From: Deltaproteobacteria bacterium
GTDB lineage: Bacteria > Myxococcota_A > UBA9160 > UBA4427
Assembly (NCBI GenBank): GCA_002691205.1
Contig: NZHD01000020.1
Location: 1,615 to 65,614, forward strand
DNA length: 64,000 nucleotides
Direction of reading: 5' to 3'
Shown: positions 26,839 to 37,691 of the stretch, piece after piece
Position numbering within the stretch: the stretch's first letter is position 1
Layout: every line of letters begins with the position of its first letter
The notes under the pieces: model-generated
Told to the model about the DNA's origin: nothing
Seen by the model: the letters and a program-made list of their open reading frames with translations, nothing else
Database searches by the model: none
Program-made: the position numbers and the translations under genes

Positions 26839-29694
26839 CTAGATAAACGAAATCTTTTTACGACGACGCGAGACTGACTTTTCCTCAGCTCCAGTCGCGT
26901 TATCGCCCACAGGCGTACAGCCTTGCGAATCTGAATCAAAGAAGAGGTCATCAAACGACTCGTAGGCTTCATTGCCCGAACCGGTCACTTTTGCTGAAGC
27001 GGGATCTATGAGAGCTTGAGCCAAGCCAGGAAAATTCGGGTCGATCGTCGCCACGATGTCGAAAGAGGCTCGGGCCGCCTCAGTGTCTCCAAGTTGACTC
27101 CGAACTCGACCTAGGTCAAATCGAAGGGCGGCCTCTTCTGATGAACTCATGTTCGGCAAAGCGATTGATTGCTCAATAAGGCCGACTGCTTCCTCGGCAC
27201 GCCCCAGCTCCAACACGCAAAGCGCCCACATATGAAGGCTTTGACGCTTATGGGAATCTACTTTGGAGCACTGCTCAAACTCTTGAGCAGCGTCGACAAA
27301 CAGACCCATCTCTCGATAGGCAATCGCGAGATCAAAACGAGTCTGAGCATCCTCTTCACCCAAGGTATCGCTCACACCTTCCTTAAAGTGAGTAAACAGC
27401 GAACGCATGCCCTCTCCGAGAGTCGTATCTCCGAAGCTTTGAACTTGGCTACCGTCGGGATCCTCTTCTTCAAAGACTCCTGCGAGTTCTGCCGCTAAAT
27501 CGTAATCACCCTCTTCTGAAGAAAAATTTGTTTCACTCTGTGATTCCGAGGCAAGCTCAACTGTCTCCGCAAGAGGTGTTGTTATCGTGGAGTCGTCAGG
27601 CTCACTGAGCGAATCTACGAAACCCACTTCCTGCACTGGCTCCTGAGAACCCGTTTTCTCATCCACGCCGGTCACAACAAAGGGCATTCCATCAGATGGG
27701 GGTTCTTCGTCGGCATCACTTTGAGGATCGAACTCAAAAAGATCCTCCGTCAAATGCTCAAGGGTTTTCTGTGCTTCACGGTGAAAGAGCGGAGCGGGAC
27801 CTTCTTCGACGGGCTCTCCCGCCCAAGAATCAGCCCCTTCACTCTCATGACAGTTGTCTGTCGGCTCTGACCCTTCAAAGCTCAGATGCAGGTCAGGCGG
27901 CGATGTCCAATCTAAATCAAACGCACGATTTTCCGCTTCAGCCATAGACGAGGTCGCCGAGGTCAACGGCAGGAGAGCTTCGCCTTCGCTCTCACGCCCC
28001 GGATCAAGCTGAACTTTTTCAAATTCCGAACTTTCGTTGCTAACACGATCGCCTTGAAACGATTCAGCTAAAAGAACTTCCGGCTCATTCTCCTCAATCT
28101 CTATCCCAAGAAGATCCAAGGGCTCATCCTCACGAACTTCCCCCGCAACGAGGTCGGGATCCGCTGCCTGCCGCCCCTGATCCACATGGGATGCACTCGT
28201 CACGACAGCCTCGCTTTCGGCAGGATCACCCTCTGCGTCAAAGGAGACCTCAGCACCCGAAATGTCGAGATCGTCTTCCCCTTCCAAAGCCTCCAGCTCA
28301 CGTTGAATTTCAGTCGCCAAAGCCATTGAGTCTTGCGACTGCGCCAGTGAAAGAGCCTGGCCGAAAGCCTCCCGCGACTCGTTCATCTCGCCGCCTTCTG
28401 CATACGCCCGACCCAGCTGTTGCCACACCTCTGGATGTTGGGGTTCTAAGTCCGTCAACTGATGAAGACAGAGAAAAGCTTCCTCTCTTTTGCCATAGCG
28501 AAGGTAAACTCTCGCTTCGGCTAAACATTGTTCGAAATCAGGCGGATCATCCTCATCCACCACCATCGAAAGGGCTTCGCCTATCTCTTCCGTGGACTCG
28601 TGGAGATCGCCCTCCGGCTGATCTTGAGTCTGATGATCCGTCTGATTTGCATGGTCGACAATAAAGTCCTCTTCAGACAATCGTCGAGCCGCTTCAGCCG
28701 CCACATTTTCAAGATCATCCTCACTTTCCACCTCTGCGTCCGCAAAAGGGAAATCTTCATCATTTGAATAAGAGTCCTGATCCATTAAACCGGAAGACGA
28801 ATTCGCCGAAAGCCCCGTATCCATGCCGGACTCTCCAAACACAACTTCGCCTGACAGCCTTTGCATGGCCTGGCGAGCTTTTTCGTCATCACCGCGCGAG
28901 CGATAGTAAGCCGCCATCTCACGCGTAACTTCACTCAAAAGAGCCTCTTCACCTTGATGCTTGTAAATCTCAGCCAGAAGCTCAAAATTGGCTGCCTCGC
29001 GCGATGCCACTAACGCCTTCTCGGCATAAGTTCGCGCGCGCTCGTAGTCATTGAGGGCAATCAGATCTTGGGTCAAAGACCCTAGAGTTTGTGAGTCTTC
29101 AGGTGCCAGTTCCAATGCGCGTTGCCGAACCACAATGACTTCTTCTCCAGCGCCTTGTCGTTTTAACTCATCAGCGGCTGAATTAAATTCAGAAATCGCT
29201 TCAACGGCCAAGCCCTCTTGCACTAAAAGCTCAGCGACTTTCAGACGGCTTGTGGTATTCCCTGGATCAAGTGAAACCATTCTTTGCAAGAGTTCTACGG
29301 CTTGCTCACGTAGACCCTCTTTGTAGTATCCATCGGCAGCCGCCTGAAAAGCGACAAGAGCGTCCGAATCCAAACCCATTCGTTGATAGAGTTCGGCCAA
29401 GGCCACTCTTGATTCATAGCGCTTCGAATCCAAAGCAAGGATTTGTTTGAGCACAGCCACGGCCCGCGCATCAAAACCTTCTTCTCGGTAGTGCAGAGCC
29501 ACCTTTGAATAGTGAGAGATCGCCTCTGTCACCTGCCCCCATCTGCGATGAAGGTCTCCGATCTCAAGCAGCAGCTTGGCATCACGAGGGTCGACGGCTA
29601 GCAAACGGCTATACTCCTTGAGTGCCTTTTGCCTCGCCCCCTTCTGAGCCTGTCGCCGGGCGGAATCTAGAACTTTGCGTTTATTGATGGCCAC
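26839..29694 (-). CDS. Large TPR protein, SgmX/FimV-like T4P polar scaffold
   Basis: N-terminal TPR array, acidic linkers, LAEARVYLRYG and DLAIAYREMG motifs, C-terminal KKISFI; position downstream of pilQ. Confidence 0.7.
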   Translation of the reverse strand: MAINKRKVLDSARRQAQKGARQKALKEYSRLLAVDPRDAKLLLEIGDLHRRWGQVTEAISHYSKVALHYREEGFDARAVAVLKQILALDSKRYESRVALAELYQRMGLDSDALVAFQAAADGYYKEGLREQAVELLQRMVSLDPGNTTSRLKVAELLVQEGLAVEAISEFNSAADELKRQGAGEEVIVVRQRALELAPEDSQTLGSLTQDLIALNDYERARTYAEKALVASREAANFELLAEIYKHQGEEALLSEVTREMAAYYRSRGDDEKARQAMQRLSGEVVFGESGMDTGLSANSSSGLMDQDSYSNDEDFPFADAEVESEDDLENVAAEAARRLSEEDFIVDHANQTDHQTQDQPEGDLHESTEEIGEALSMVVDEDDPPDFEQCLAEARVYLRYGKREEAFLCLHQLTDLEPQHPEVWQQLGRAYAEGGEMNESREAFGQALSLAQSQDSMALATEIQRELEALEGEDDLDISGAEVSFDAEGDPAESEAVVTSASHVDQGRQAADPDLVAGEVREDEPLDLLGIEIEENEPEVLLAESFQGDRVSNESSEFEKVQLDPGRESEGEALLPLTSATSSMAEAENRAFDLDWTSPPDLHLSFEGSEPTDNCHESEGADSWAGEPVEEGPAPLFHREAQKTLEHLTEDLFEFDPQSDADEEPPSDGMPFVVTGVDEKTGSQEPVQEVGFVDSLSEPDDSTITTPLAETVELASESQSETNFSSEEGDYDLAAELAGVFEEEDPDGSQVQSFGDTTLGEGMRSLFTHFKEGVSDTLGEEDAQTRFDLAIAYREMGLFVDAAQEFEQCSKVDSHKRQSLHMWALCVLELGRAEEAVGLIEQSIALPNMSSSEEAALRFDLGRVRSQLGDTEAARASFDIVATIDPNFPGLAQALIDPASAKVTGSGNEAYESFDDLFFDSDSQGCTPVGDNATGAEEKSVSRRRKKISFI

Positions 29695-29751
29695 TTTTCC
29701 CTCACACGACGGGCGCTGCAGAGCCCAAAATGGTCACACCCCGCTCTCTTT

Positions 29752-29778
29752 CTATCGGCAAGCGGCAGGAGCCCTTGA
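29752..29778 (-). promoter_or_regulatory. Sigma28 (FliA-type) promoter for the TPR gene
   Basis: TCAAG-N14-GCCGATAG on the minus strand, 57 nt upstream of the start. Confidence 0.7.
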
Positions 29779-29897
29779 GGTCCCGCAGAAAACTTCAGAG
29801 CGACAGGCTCTCGTAGGAGCATTTCTCAGAAATAGAAAAGCAGGCAGAGCCCACGTATCCAGTCAGAGCGGACTTTTCCCAACAGATGGAACGAGAT

Positions 29898-30347
29898 CTA
29901 CTCTTTACGCAGATGGTCGAGCATCGCCGAGAGAGCCATGGCATACCCCTTCGCCCCTAGGCCCGAAATCACGCCGAGCGCTATTCCCGAAACATAGGAA
30001 TGATGCCGAAAACTCTCGCGGGCGAACACATTGGAGATGTGTACCTCGATCACAGGGAGAGCTACAGCGGCCAGCGCGTCCCGAAGCGCCACGCTGCTAT
30101 GCGTGAGTCCACCAGGATTGATCAGAATCCCATCAGCCTGGCCCATGGCCGCTTGGATGCGGTCAATCAGTTCGCCCTCATGGTTGGATTGAAAGGCCTC
30201 GAGGCTGCAACTCATCACCTCGGCTCGCTCGACTAAGTCGGCGTTGATCTCCGCCAAAGTAATCGCCCCGTATACATCGGGCTCTCGTTGACCGAGTAAA
30301 TTTAAGTTCGGCCCGTGAATGACCAGGATTCGTGGATTCGAAGACAT
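29898..30347 (-). CDS. aroQ: Type II 3-dehydroquinate dehydratase
   Basis: [48 protein letters not shown]. Confidence 0.96.
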   Translation of the reverse strand: MSSNPRILVIHGPNLNLLGQREPDVYGAITLAEINADLVERAEVMSCSLEAFQSNHEGELIDRIQAAMGQADGILINPGGLTHSSVALRDALAAVALPVIEVHISNVFARESFRHHSYVSGIALGVISGLGAKGYAMALSAMLDHLRKE

Positions 30348-30388
30348 GTAGATTCCGACCTCTCTATCACATGGAAACACACCCCAGG

Positions 30389-30766
30389 TCAAATTTCCTG
30401 AAGAATGGCCCAATTTTCGCGACGCATGAGATAGCGCGCCTTGCCAAGGTTGCCATCTGGGGCCACGCCCAAAATTAAAAGAACTTCGTTATCGATTCGA
30501 CTCGCGATCAAAGTGATCTTCTCAAGTCGAATCATTAACTCCATCGCAGAACCGCCTTCTATCTCTCTCGAGGTCTGCGCAAGAGTTCGAAAGGCTCTAA
30601 CGATTTCAACCCCAAGCATCGACATATCTCCGCTTAAATTCGCCTCTTCGCCCCACCCTCCGGCGCCCGCCTGGCTAATTAAGAGGCCATCTTCACCAAC
30701 CAAAGCAGCTCCCAGAACCCCGGGGCACTCTGAGACTATTTTCTTAAGCAGAACCTCAAAGCTCAT
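30389..30766 (-). CDS. Roadblock/LC7 domain protein (MglC-like)
   Basis: [13 protein letters not shown] and [12 protein letters not shown]; 125 aa; position after pilQ. Confidence 0.8.
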   Translation of the reverse strand: MSFEVLLKKIVSECPGVLGAALVGEDGLLISQAGAGGWGEEANLSGDMSMLGVEIVRAFRTLAQTSREIEGGSAMELMIRLEKITLIASRIDNEVLLILGVAPDGNLGKARYLMRRENWAILQEI

Positions 30767-31587
30767 GCTCGGCCTCGCTGAACGTTCTCAAGCCACGCGT
30801 CCAAAGTCTCCAGAACTCGATCCGAACTCTCGGGCTCTACCGTCGACTCGGGCGGAGATGACTGCGGGCAATCCTCAAAGGAAGAGGGCTCCATCACCGA
30901 GCTCAATGCATCCGGCAAAGGCGATTCTTTAGGCTTTGGTGTGAGTGCTGGCGCAGGCACTGGCAAAGAGGTGGGCTCCAAGGCCGCCTCTAAAACAACC
31001 CCTGAATCATCTAGATGCTCGCGAATCACATCCGCTCGCGTATGATCCCCCTGACGATCCAAGAGACCGGCCATGGTCTGAGTCGCAAAAGCGGATGATC
31101 GGCCCAAGGCGAAAACCGAATCTGAGCCCGCACGTGAACGTGACCGTTTCACAGTCTCAGCCCCAGCCGCTTCCTGACCCCTCTCAGCGTCCGACTGGAA
31201 AGCCTTACCCTCGGGCACCCATGCTTCGCCCAAACCCGCCAAAGGACTCACTGAAGGCTGCTCAACATTCGAATCACGCGCCGAATTCGCGGATCCTTCC
31301 ACCTGAGGGCCTGGCTGCGACACCAATGGGTCCAGAAAGCGCTCAAGCTGACGTGAGGCGGCCTGAGTCTCTTCAAGTTCAAGCAGAGTCAAGGCTAACG
31401 TCACTCTGGCCACATGGAGTGCTGGGGCGCGGTCAAGTAACGCCTCCGCGATCCGACGAGCCTCCGCGGTACGTCCCTCTCTCCGGGCCTGGTCCGCCCT
31501 GGAAAGTAGCTTTAGATCTTCAGCAGATTGACCGTGCAGTTCGTGCATCTCAGCATCTGTCTGTCCGCGTCGCTTGCCTCTGCCCAT
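30763..31587 (-). CDS. Hypothetical TPR-containing protein
   Basis: TPR-like N-terminal helices, ATQTMAGLLDRQG segment, C-terminal LDAWLENV; ATGA overlap with the roadblock gene. Confidence 0.6.
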   Translation of the reverse strand: MGRGKRRGQTDAEMHELHGQSAEDLKLLSRADQARREGRTAEARRIAEALLDRAPALHVARVTLALTLLELEETQAASRQLERFLDPLVSQPGPQVEGSANSARDSNVEQPSVSPLAGLGEAWVPEGKAFQSDAERGQEAAGAETVKRSRSRAGSDSVFALGRSSAFATQTMAGLLDRQGDHTRADVIREHLDDSGVVLEAALEPTSLPVPAPALTPKPKESPLPDALSSVMEPSSFEDCPQSSPPESTVEPESSDRVLETLDAWLENVQRGRA

Positions 31588-31679
31588 GGAAGGCTTTCCC
31601 CCTAGACTTCAGTATAGAAGACCTATCGAGAATCGCGTATCCCCGGCCAAAGAGGTTCTCCAGAGTCCTAGTTCGCCGC

Positions 31680-34600
31680 CTACTGAGCCGAAGCAAGTGC
31701 TGGATTGACGACAATCCGAGGTGTGACGAAGATCAGGAGTTCCTTGCGCTTGTCGGACACCTGTCTTGACATGAATGCCTTGCCTATGAACGGGATTTTA
31801 CTGAGGTAGGGAACCCGTGACTCACGTGTCGATTTCTCGATAGTATAAATTCCACCAATCACGAGCGTCTGACCGTCCTTCACTAAGGTTTCAGTTTGAG
31901 CCTGATTCTTCGCAATCGCCGGAGAACCCGTCGGGGTGGGCACGGATGAATCCGGAGCGTTTCGCGTCACTTCAAGGGCCATAATAATGCTCTTGTCGGA
32001 GGTAATATGAGGCGTCACCTGAAGACTTAAGACGGCATCGATAAACTCGAGTTTTGCGTCGCCGCTTTCAAAAGTCTGGAAGGGAATAGATACTCCTTGC
32101 TCGATAATGGCCTCTCGATTATCGAGCGTCACAATCCGAGGGCTCGAAATCACTTTCCCCTCCCCGGCCTGCTCCATCGCCTGGATATGAACATCCACCT
32201 GCATCTTATCGTCGAGCAGAAAAGCGCCAAAGTTCACTGTGCCGGTAGCCGCGCTCGTAATAGGATTGCCCACAACCACATTGTTCTGACCCGCAAACTT
32301 AAAGTTTTCACTGCCGAGGTCAGTCCGGACTGAACCCGGATTAAATCCGTCTACATAGGGTTGAGACCCAAAACTCCAGGTGCTTCCCAACTCACGTGCA
32401 AAGTCCAAGTTCGCTTCGACAATTTTAGCTTCGATCATCACCTGAGGTGTCTGAGTATCAATGGCTCGAATCAGTGCAACCGACTCTTCTATTACGCTCG
32501 GAATATCTTTGATGATCACCGTGTTGGTGCGAACATCTGTATTCACTGTGCCTCGTGGTGAAAGCAGCCGACTCACTAAAGTTTTCATTTCTTTTACATC
32601 CGCATAATTGACGGGCTGAAGCTTAATCTCAAGGTCTTCCAACTTTTCCTTTTGTCGACGTTCCTGGAGTCGGTTCTCCTCTTCGACCTTCAACATCTCT
32701 TGAGGAGCAATCCGCAAAACATTCCCTACACGAACAAAGCCCAGCCCCTTCGTCAACAATATGACATCCAGCGCCTGATCCCATGGGACATCTACCAAGC
32801 GAATGGTAATCGCCCCCTTGACCTCGTCTCCAGCAATAATGTTAAGGTCGCTGACCTCAGCGATCAAACGTAATACATCCGAGATTAGAACTTCTTTAAA
32901 GTCGAGTGAGATTCGCCGGCCGTTATAACGCTTGCCGTCAATCAGTCCTCCCTCTGTCAAGACGTCCACCGATGCAGGGACTTCGAGAGCGGCCGGCACA
33001 GCCTTAGTCTTCTTTTTTTGCTCAGCCAACGAGGACGAAACACGAGCCTTCTCTGTCCGAGCCTCAGCTTCACCAAGAACCGCCGCAACGGCATGCGGAT
33101 CGGCTGTCCCCTGAGCGACACCCCGCTCCAATTCTGAAACCGGCGCGGTATCAGGATCCACATCCTTCCCCGGTAAACTGGCGGAATCCGTAGGAAGGCG
33201 CCCCTCCATCTCCAATCGATTCGCATAGGTTTCTTCTTCTGAAAGAAAAGCTGGCTCGTCTGGCAAAAAAGCAGGCGGCGCGCTCGCCGCGAGCCCAGTG
33301 TTTTCAAAGTCAACCATCAAGACCGTTGAACGACGAGTCACTTTCGGCGCGAGACCCTTCGCCCTTCGCATGACGACGCGGACCTCACTTCCATCAAGCT
33401 CAGGCTGCTCAAAAGTTGTCACCAGCGAGACCGGCCCTCCCGACTCTGGCGTAATTCGCTCGCCCGTGTCCCCCGCAAATCGAGCGTTAGAGATCTGGAT
33501 CATCACGGTTTCGGCATCGGGCTCATACACGGCGTACTCAACCTCAGCATCTGTCAAAATAGCGACACGATCTCGATCAGCCGTTCGCTCAAACTGAAGT
33601 CCAAAAACTTCAGCCATTGAGGAAACCTTTACTTTATTGGACCGCGCAGCCTCGGCGGACCGAGTCTCAATAAATCCCACTCGCGCATCCGATGACTTCT
33701 CACCGGCCAGGGAGTCCACTTTGTGAGGCTCCGACTTTTTAGACGGAGACGGAACCTGGGCCTCCAGGGGTGCAGGCGATGCCGGAACAGGAGACGCAGA
33801 CTCGCCTGAAGAAGCGAGCTTCACTTCAGCAGATCCAGCCCCCTCATCCACCTTGACCTCCGCAGCCTCTGACTTCGCCTTGGTGGTCTTCACTACATCT
33901 GGCAAGGCGGGATCACTTACACTCAGAGCGGCTGAGGGAATTTCGGTCCTAGACGGCTCTTCGGCCAACTGGATATCTTCAGACGACTCACTCGGCGTAG
34001 TCAGATTAGGCGCCACGTCACCGACTGCCAGCTCCACTTCGCCCTGAGCTATCTCTACAGATTCCCCCATCAGTAGCTTAGAGAATGCATTCTCTAATTC
34101 AGGCCCGTCCCCTAGGCTCACATAAAGACCCTGCGGAGATGAAACCATTCGTGGATGACCAAAGTCGACGGGCTGCTCTCCTCCATCAAGAACAATTCTG
34201 ATTTTATCCGGATGGGTACCTATTCTTACTCGACTCACCTGTTCGCTATCCACCGCGAAACGATCTCGAGTCACTCCATTTTTTACCCCCGCAACATCAA
34301 TCACAAGTCGATCAGGATCCTCAAGCGGAAAGTACGAGGCTTCACTCAAAAGACCATCGGCCCGCAGATGAACCACAACCCCGCCGGCTAAAGGCCATGC
34401 TTTTACACTCTCAAGCGTGGTCGCAGCCAATTGATCCATATTTTCGTTTTCGAGAATGGTTTCCTCTTGAGTCGTCTCAGCCATCACCCGAAGCTCTACG
34501 ACCTCCAAGGAAGAAGTGTCGTCAGAGCTGTCTAAAGTCACTTCCATACGATCTTCACGGATCTCCGACGAGGAAATCTCGGCCGTGCCCTCGGCCACAA

Positions 34601-34838
34601 CCTGAACCTCCGCGTTCAGTTCAGCTTCGAGTATGGACTCCGCCAATGCCCAGGGATCCGAGGACTCCAAGGCCTGCTCAGCCTCTAAAGCGCTGATAGC
34701 TTCTCCGGTCGTATCGCTCACAGAGTCAGCCAAGGTACCCGTAGAACTGAGGAAAAAAATCGCCCAGGCCGCGGATGTTGCAAAGATCACTGTTCGTTTC
34801 ATGCTATCTCCAAGCATCGAAGTCCTCATCGGAATCAC
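31680..34838 (-). CDS. pilQ: Type IV pilus secretin with AMIN domains
   Basis: PDRLVIDV (AMIN), YNGRRISLDFK, VPWDQAL, PQVMIEAKIVE, ELLIFVTPRI. Confidence 0.95.
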   Translation of the reverse strand: MIPMRTSMLGDSMKRTVIFATSAAWAIFFLSSTGTLADSVSDTTGEAISALEAEQALESSDPWALAESILEAELNAEVQVVAEGTAEISSSEIREDRMEVTLDSSDDTSSLEVVELRVMAETTQEETILENENMDQLAATTLESVKAWPLAGGVVVHLRADGLLSEASYFPLEDPDRLVIDVAGVKNGVTRDRFAVDSEQVSRVRIGTHPDKIRIVLDGGEQPVDFGHPRMVSSPQGLYVSLGDGPELENAFSKLLMGESVEIAQGEVELAVGDVAPNLTTPSESSEDIQLAEEPSRTEIPSAALSVSDPALPDVVKTTKAKSEAAEVKVDEGAGSAEVKLASSGESASPVPASPAPLEAQVPSPSKKSEPHKVDSLAGEKSSDARVGFIETRSAEAARSNKVKVSSMAEVFGLQFERTADRDRVAILTDAEVEYAVYEPDAETVMIQISNARFAGDTGERITPESGGPVSLVTTFEQPELDGSEVRVVMRRAKGLAPKVTRRSTVLMVDFENTGLAASAPPAFLPDEPAFLSEEETYANRLEMEGRLPTDSASLPGKDVDPDTAPVSELERGVAQGTADPHAVAAVLGEAEARTEKARVSSSLAEQKKKTKAVPAALEVPASVDVLTEGGLIDGKRYNGRRISLDFKEVLISDVLRLIAEVSDLNIIAGDEVKGAITIRLVDVPWDQALDVILLTKGLGFVRVGNVLRIAPQEMLKVEEENRLQERRQKEKLEDLEIKLQPVNYADVKEMKTLVSRLLSPRGTVNTDVRTNTVIIKDIPSVIEESVALIRAIDTQTPQVMIEAKIVEANLDFARELGSTWSFGSQPYVDGFNPGSVRTDLGSENFKFAGQNNVVVGNPITSAATGTVNFGAFLLDDKMQVDVHIQAMEQAGEGKVISSPRIVTLDNREAIIEQGVSIPFQTFESGDAKLEFIDAVLSLQVTPHITSDKSIIMALEVTRNAPDSSVPTPTGSPAIAKNQAQTETLVKDGQTLVIGGIYTIEKSTRESRVPYLSKIPFIGKAFMSRQVSDKRKELLIFVTPRIVVNPALASAQ

Positions 34839-35410
34839 CCTTCCTGGTTCCCGCGAATTCGCATCTCTACGTCTTTCGTACTCTGATGACCTTCGAAATC
34901 AACGTACGTCTCTCTCACGCTCACCATGCTGTCTGAGATGGCCATTACCCGGCCACGATTTTTCCCGACCTGCGAACCCGCATGCAGAACGAAGGCACGG
35001 CCTCCAGGGTCTGCGATGAGCGCTCGGGCATTGTTCGTATCCCAAACCACCGCAACAACAGACAATTGACTTAGCTCATAATCTGCCAACGGACCCAGCG
35101 GGGCCTTAAAGTCTTCAGACTCATCAAACTGGAAGGATCGAAACGGGTCGCGTCGATCTCCTTGACCATAAGACAAACCGGCGAGGACATTCATCGAGTC
35201 AGAATTTTTGTTCTTAAGTCGCCCCGCCTGTCCACCTACCTGACCCACACCCGCACCTGCTTTCGCCAAAGAAGTCTTCATTTGATCACGGCGCGAAGCA
35301 AAATCTTCCACCTTAGTCGCGGTACTGGGAGCCGGCTCTGAACAGCTCACAACTAGGCTGGCCATCGCTAGGGTTAATCCAAATCTCACTAGGGAGGTTG
35401 AAAAAAACAT
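34835..35410 (-). CDS. pilP: Type IV pilus assembly lipoprotein
   Basis: Lipobox LVVSC, RRDPFRS, PLADYELSQL, VGKNRGRV. Confidence 0.9.
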   Translation of the reverse strand: MFFSTSLVRFGLTLAMASLVVSCSEPAPSTATKVEDFASRRDQMKTSLAKAGAGVGQVGGQAGRLKNKNSDSMNVLAGLSYGQGDRRDPFRSFQFDESEDFKAPLGPLADYELSQLSVVAVVWDTNNARALIADPGGRAFVLHAGSQVGKNRGRVMAISDSMVSVRETYVDFEGHQSTKDVEMRIRGNQEG

Positions 35411-35411
35411 T

Positions 35412-36011
35412 TTATACACTCGCCTTCTCGCCCAAGAACCTGAAAGTCGTCGCGGTGCCTTCAGCACGGAGAATTGTGCCGGCCTGAGATTCATCTAACA
35501 CTTCAACCTCAAACTCACCGACGTTGACGATTCGGGGCAGAATGCCCACCCGCTCAAAAAATCGAGCCATGTCGTGATAACTGCCTTCGACTTTGAGCTG
35601 AAAGGGAACCTCTGCATAAAAATCATGAGGCACCTCAGGCTCACGCTCGATTGATTTAATCGTGACGCCGACCTGCTTTCCCGCCGTACTGATGTCCCGG
35701 AGCAAATCATCGAATTGCTTGCTATCCGGCAACTGACGAAGAGCTCGTTTAAAGTCCACTTGAAGAGCATCTACTTCAGCCTCAAACTCAGCTAAATTAG
35801 CGGCCACGGCTCGAACACTCGCCAATTTTCTCTGTAAAGCCTTCGCGTGCTCTAAACGCTGGGAAACTTCGACCGCTTGAGGCTGGTACAAAAAGAAGCC
35901 GTACCCAATTAGCCCCGCCACCAAAAGTGCCGCGATCCCTCCCAGGCGCACCGACTTCGGAAGCCTAACGAGCTTCTCCATGCGTTGTTCGTAATCGAAT
36001 CCCAATTCCAT
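35412..36011 (-). CDS. pilO: Type IV pilus assembly protein
   Basis: TM helix, coiled coil, QLPD, FYAEVP...GSYHD, LPRIVNV. Confidence 0.93.
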   Translation of the reverse strand: MELGFDYEQRMEKLVRLPKSVRLGGIAALLVAGLIGYGFFLYQPQAVEVSQRLEHAKALQRKLASVRAVAANLAEFEAEVDALQVDFKRALRQLPDSKQFDDLLRDISTAGKQVGVTIKSIEREPEVPHDFYAEVPFQLKVEGSYHDMARFFERVGILPRIVNVGEFEVEVLDESQAGTILRAEGTATTFRFLGEKASV

Positions 36012-36021
36012 ATCGATACTC

Positions 36022-36612
36022 CTACGCGCCTGCTGCGTCAGTCGAAAGATTCGAATCTTTCGTCAAATCAGGAATCACGAGGTCAGTGCTAATCTCGAAC
36101 TCGACTAAGCGCACTCCCTCGAGTGCGGTGTCCCCGTCCGTTTTAATCAAGTCAACGTTTCCAAAATACTCGGAAGCCCCGAGAGACTTAAGGAAATCCG
36201 CAATCACATCATTATCAAGGCTATTTCCGTGCAAAAGCAACCGACCGCCTTGGGCAGTGATCTGAGTCAGCCAAAGCCTTTCCGGAGTTCGGCGAGCCAG
36301 TTCATCAAAAACGCGAACAGGTCCCTTTCGAGCTAGATCAAGGCGATGAATCACAGCCAACTTTTCCTCTAGGCCCGCCTTCTTTCTTCGAAATTCAGCC
36401 ACCTGATCCTGCTGTGGTTTAAACTTCGCGATATCGCTTTCAAGCTGCCCAATGCTGATATTGACTTGATCCAGCTGAGAAGTGATTCGAAGGTCCATCA
36501 TCGCAGCGATCATCAGAGCGAGAAGTGATCCCAGCAAAAAAACAATTAAACTCTCACGGAGATCAGCAACCCGCTTCGCTTCGCGATGGGGTAGTAGGTT
36601 AATTTCCAACAT
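36022..36612 (-). CDS. pilN: Type IV pilus assembly protein
   Basis: N-terminal INLLP motif, TM helix, PERLWLT. Confidence 0.93.
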   Translation of the reverse strand: MLEINLLPHREAKRVADLRESLIVFLLGSLLALMIAAMMDLRITSQLDQVNISIGQLESDIAKFKPQQDQVAEFRRKKAGLEEKLAVIHRLDLARKGPVRVFDELARRTPERLWLTQITAQGGRLLLHGNSLDNDVIADFLKSLGASEYFGNVDLIKTDGDTALEGVRLVEFEISTDLVIPDLTKDSNLSTDAAGA

Positions 36613-37691
36613 TAGTGCTGGACCCTCCGAGCTGCGAGACCGACACTTACACCCAGAGACGGTGCAATCTGACGAAGGAATTCCGGGTCAAAACGCGTGT
36701 TGGGAACCATTCTGGCCAGTGGATCCAGGACATCCACTTCAAATCCGGTTCGCTCACGGAATGTATTCACGAAGCCAGACATCTGAGCTCCGCCTCCACA
36801 CAACATCACTCTTTCAATACGACTCTCCGCTGAGGTTGCGGTAAAAAAATCAAGGGAACGAGAGATTTCGCCCACCAATCCATCGGTCATCGAGCGGATT
36901 GCATGCTCCACCTCTTGAGGGACCAACTCTTGACTATCCTCACCCACCGAAGTGCCGCATTTGATCTTCTCGGCTTCATCAAAACTAATCGACAATGCTT
37001 TTTGAATCTGCTCCGTATATTGACTTCCACCCGTTGTAATGTCTCGAGTAAACGCTGGCACGCCATTCTGAGTCACGTTGATATTCACGACCTGCGCACC
37101 AATATTTACAAGGGCCGTAACCCCTTCGGGCTCAGCCGCGTAATTCAACTCATGCGCATTCTCGACGGCGAATGAAGCCACATCGATAGCCACGGGCGTA
37201 AGACCAGCCTCTGAAATCACCTGAACATAGTCGTCAATCAAATCACGCTTGGCCGCCACCAGAAGCACTTCCATATTCTCGTCTGACGAACCATCCTCCA
37301 AGATCTGAAAATCTAGATTGACCTCGTTCACATCAAAAGGAATATACTGCTCAGCTTCCCACTGAATCTGATCGGCTAATTCTTCACGACTCATCGTAGG
37401 GAGACTGACCTTCTTCACGATGACTGAAAGACCAGACACTGCCGCCACGACTTCTTTACTCTCGATTCGACCGTTTTCCACCGCTTCTCGTATGGAATCA
37501 ACAATGGCTCCGGCATTGAGGAATGCGCCTTGAACAATGGATTCGGCGGGCATCTGGGCCACGCCCAATCCCTTGAGATCAAAGCCTTTGTCGGGGCCCC
37601 TCAAACCCACCTCCACGGCCTTAACTGAACTGGAACCAATATCGAGTCCCATGACAGACTTTTTCCCAAATCGTGGCCACGACAGATTCAC
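36612..37691 (-). CDS. pilM: Type IV pilus assembly protein (actin-like)
   Basis: GLDIGSSSVK, EAEQYIPF, VAAK, LCGGGA. Confidence 0.95.
   Translation of the reverse strand: MNLSWPRFGKKSVMGLDIGSSSVKAVEVGLRGPDKGFDLKGLGVAQMPAESIVQGAFLNAGAIVDSIREAVENGRIESKEVVAAVSGLSVIVKKVSLPTMSREELADQIQWEAEQYIPFDVNEVNLDFQILEDGSSDENMEVLLVAAKRDLIDDYVQVISEAGLTPVAIDVASFAVENAHELNYAAEPEGVTALVNIGAQVVNINVTQNGVPAFTRDITTGGSQYTEQIQKALSISFDEAEKIKCGTSVGEDSQELVPQEVEHAIRSMTDGLVGEISRSLDFFTATSAESRIERVMLCGGGAQMSGFVNTFRERTGFEVDVLDPLARMVPNTRFDPEFLRQIAPSLGVSVGLAARRVQH

Noticed and set aside
30945-31769. 274-aa plus-strand ORF and many other 60-200 aa shadow ORFs (e.g. 24034..24519, 13328..13933, 11466..12062)
   Set aside because: They are antisense or alternate-frame overlaps of well-supported genes, with no recognisable motifs.
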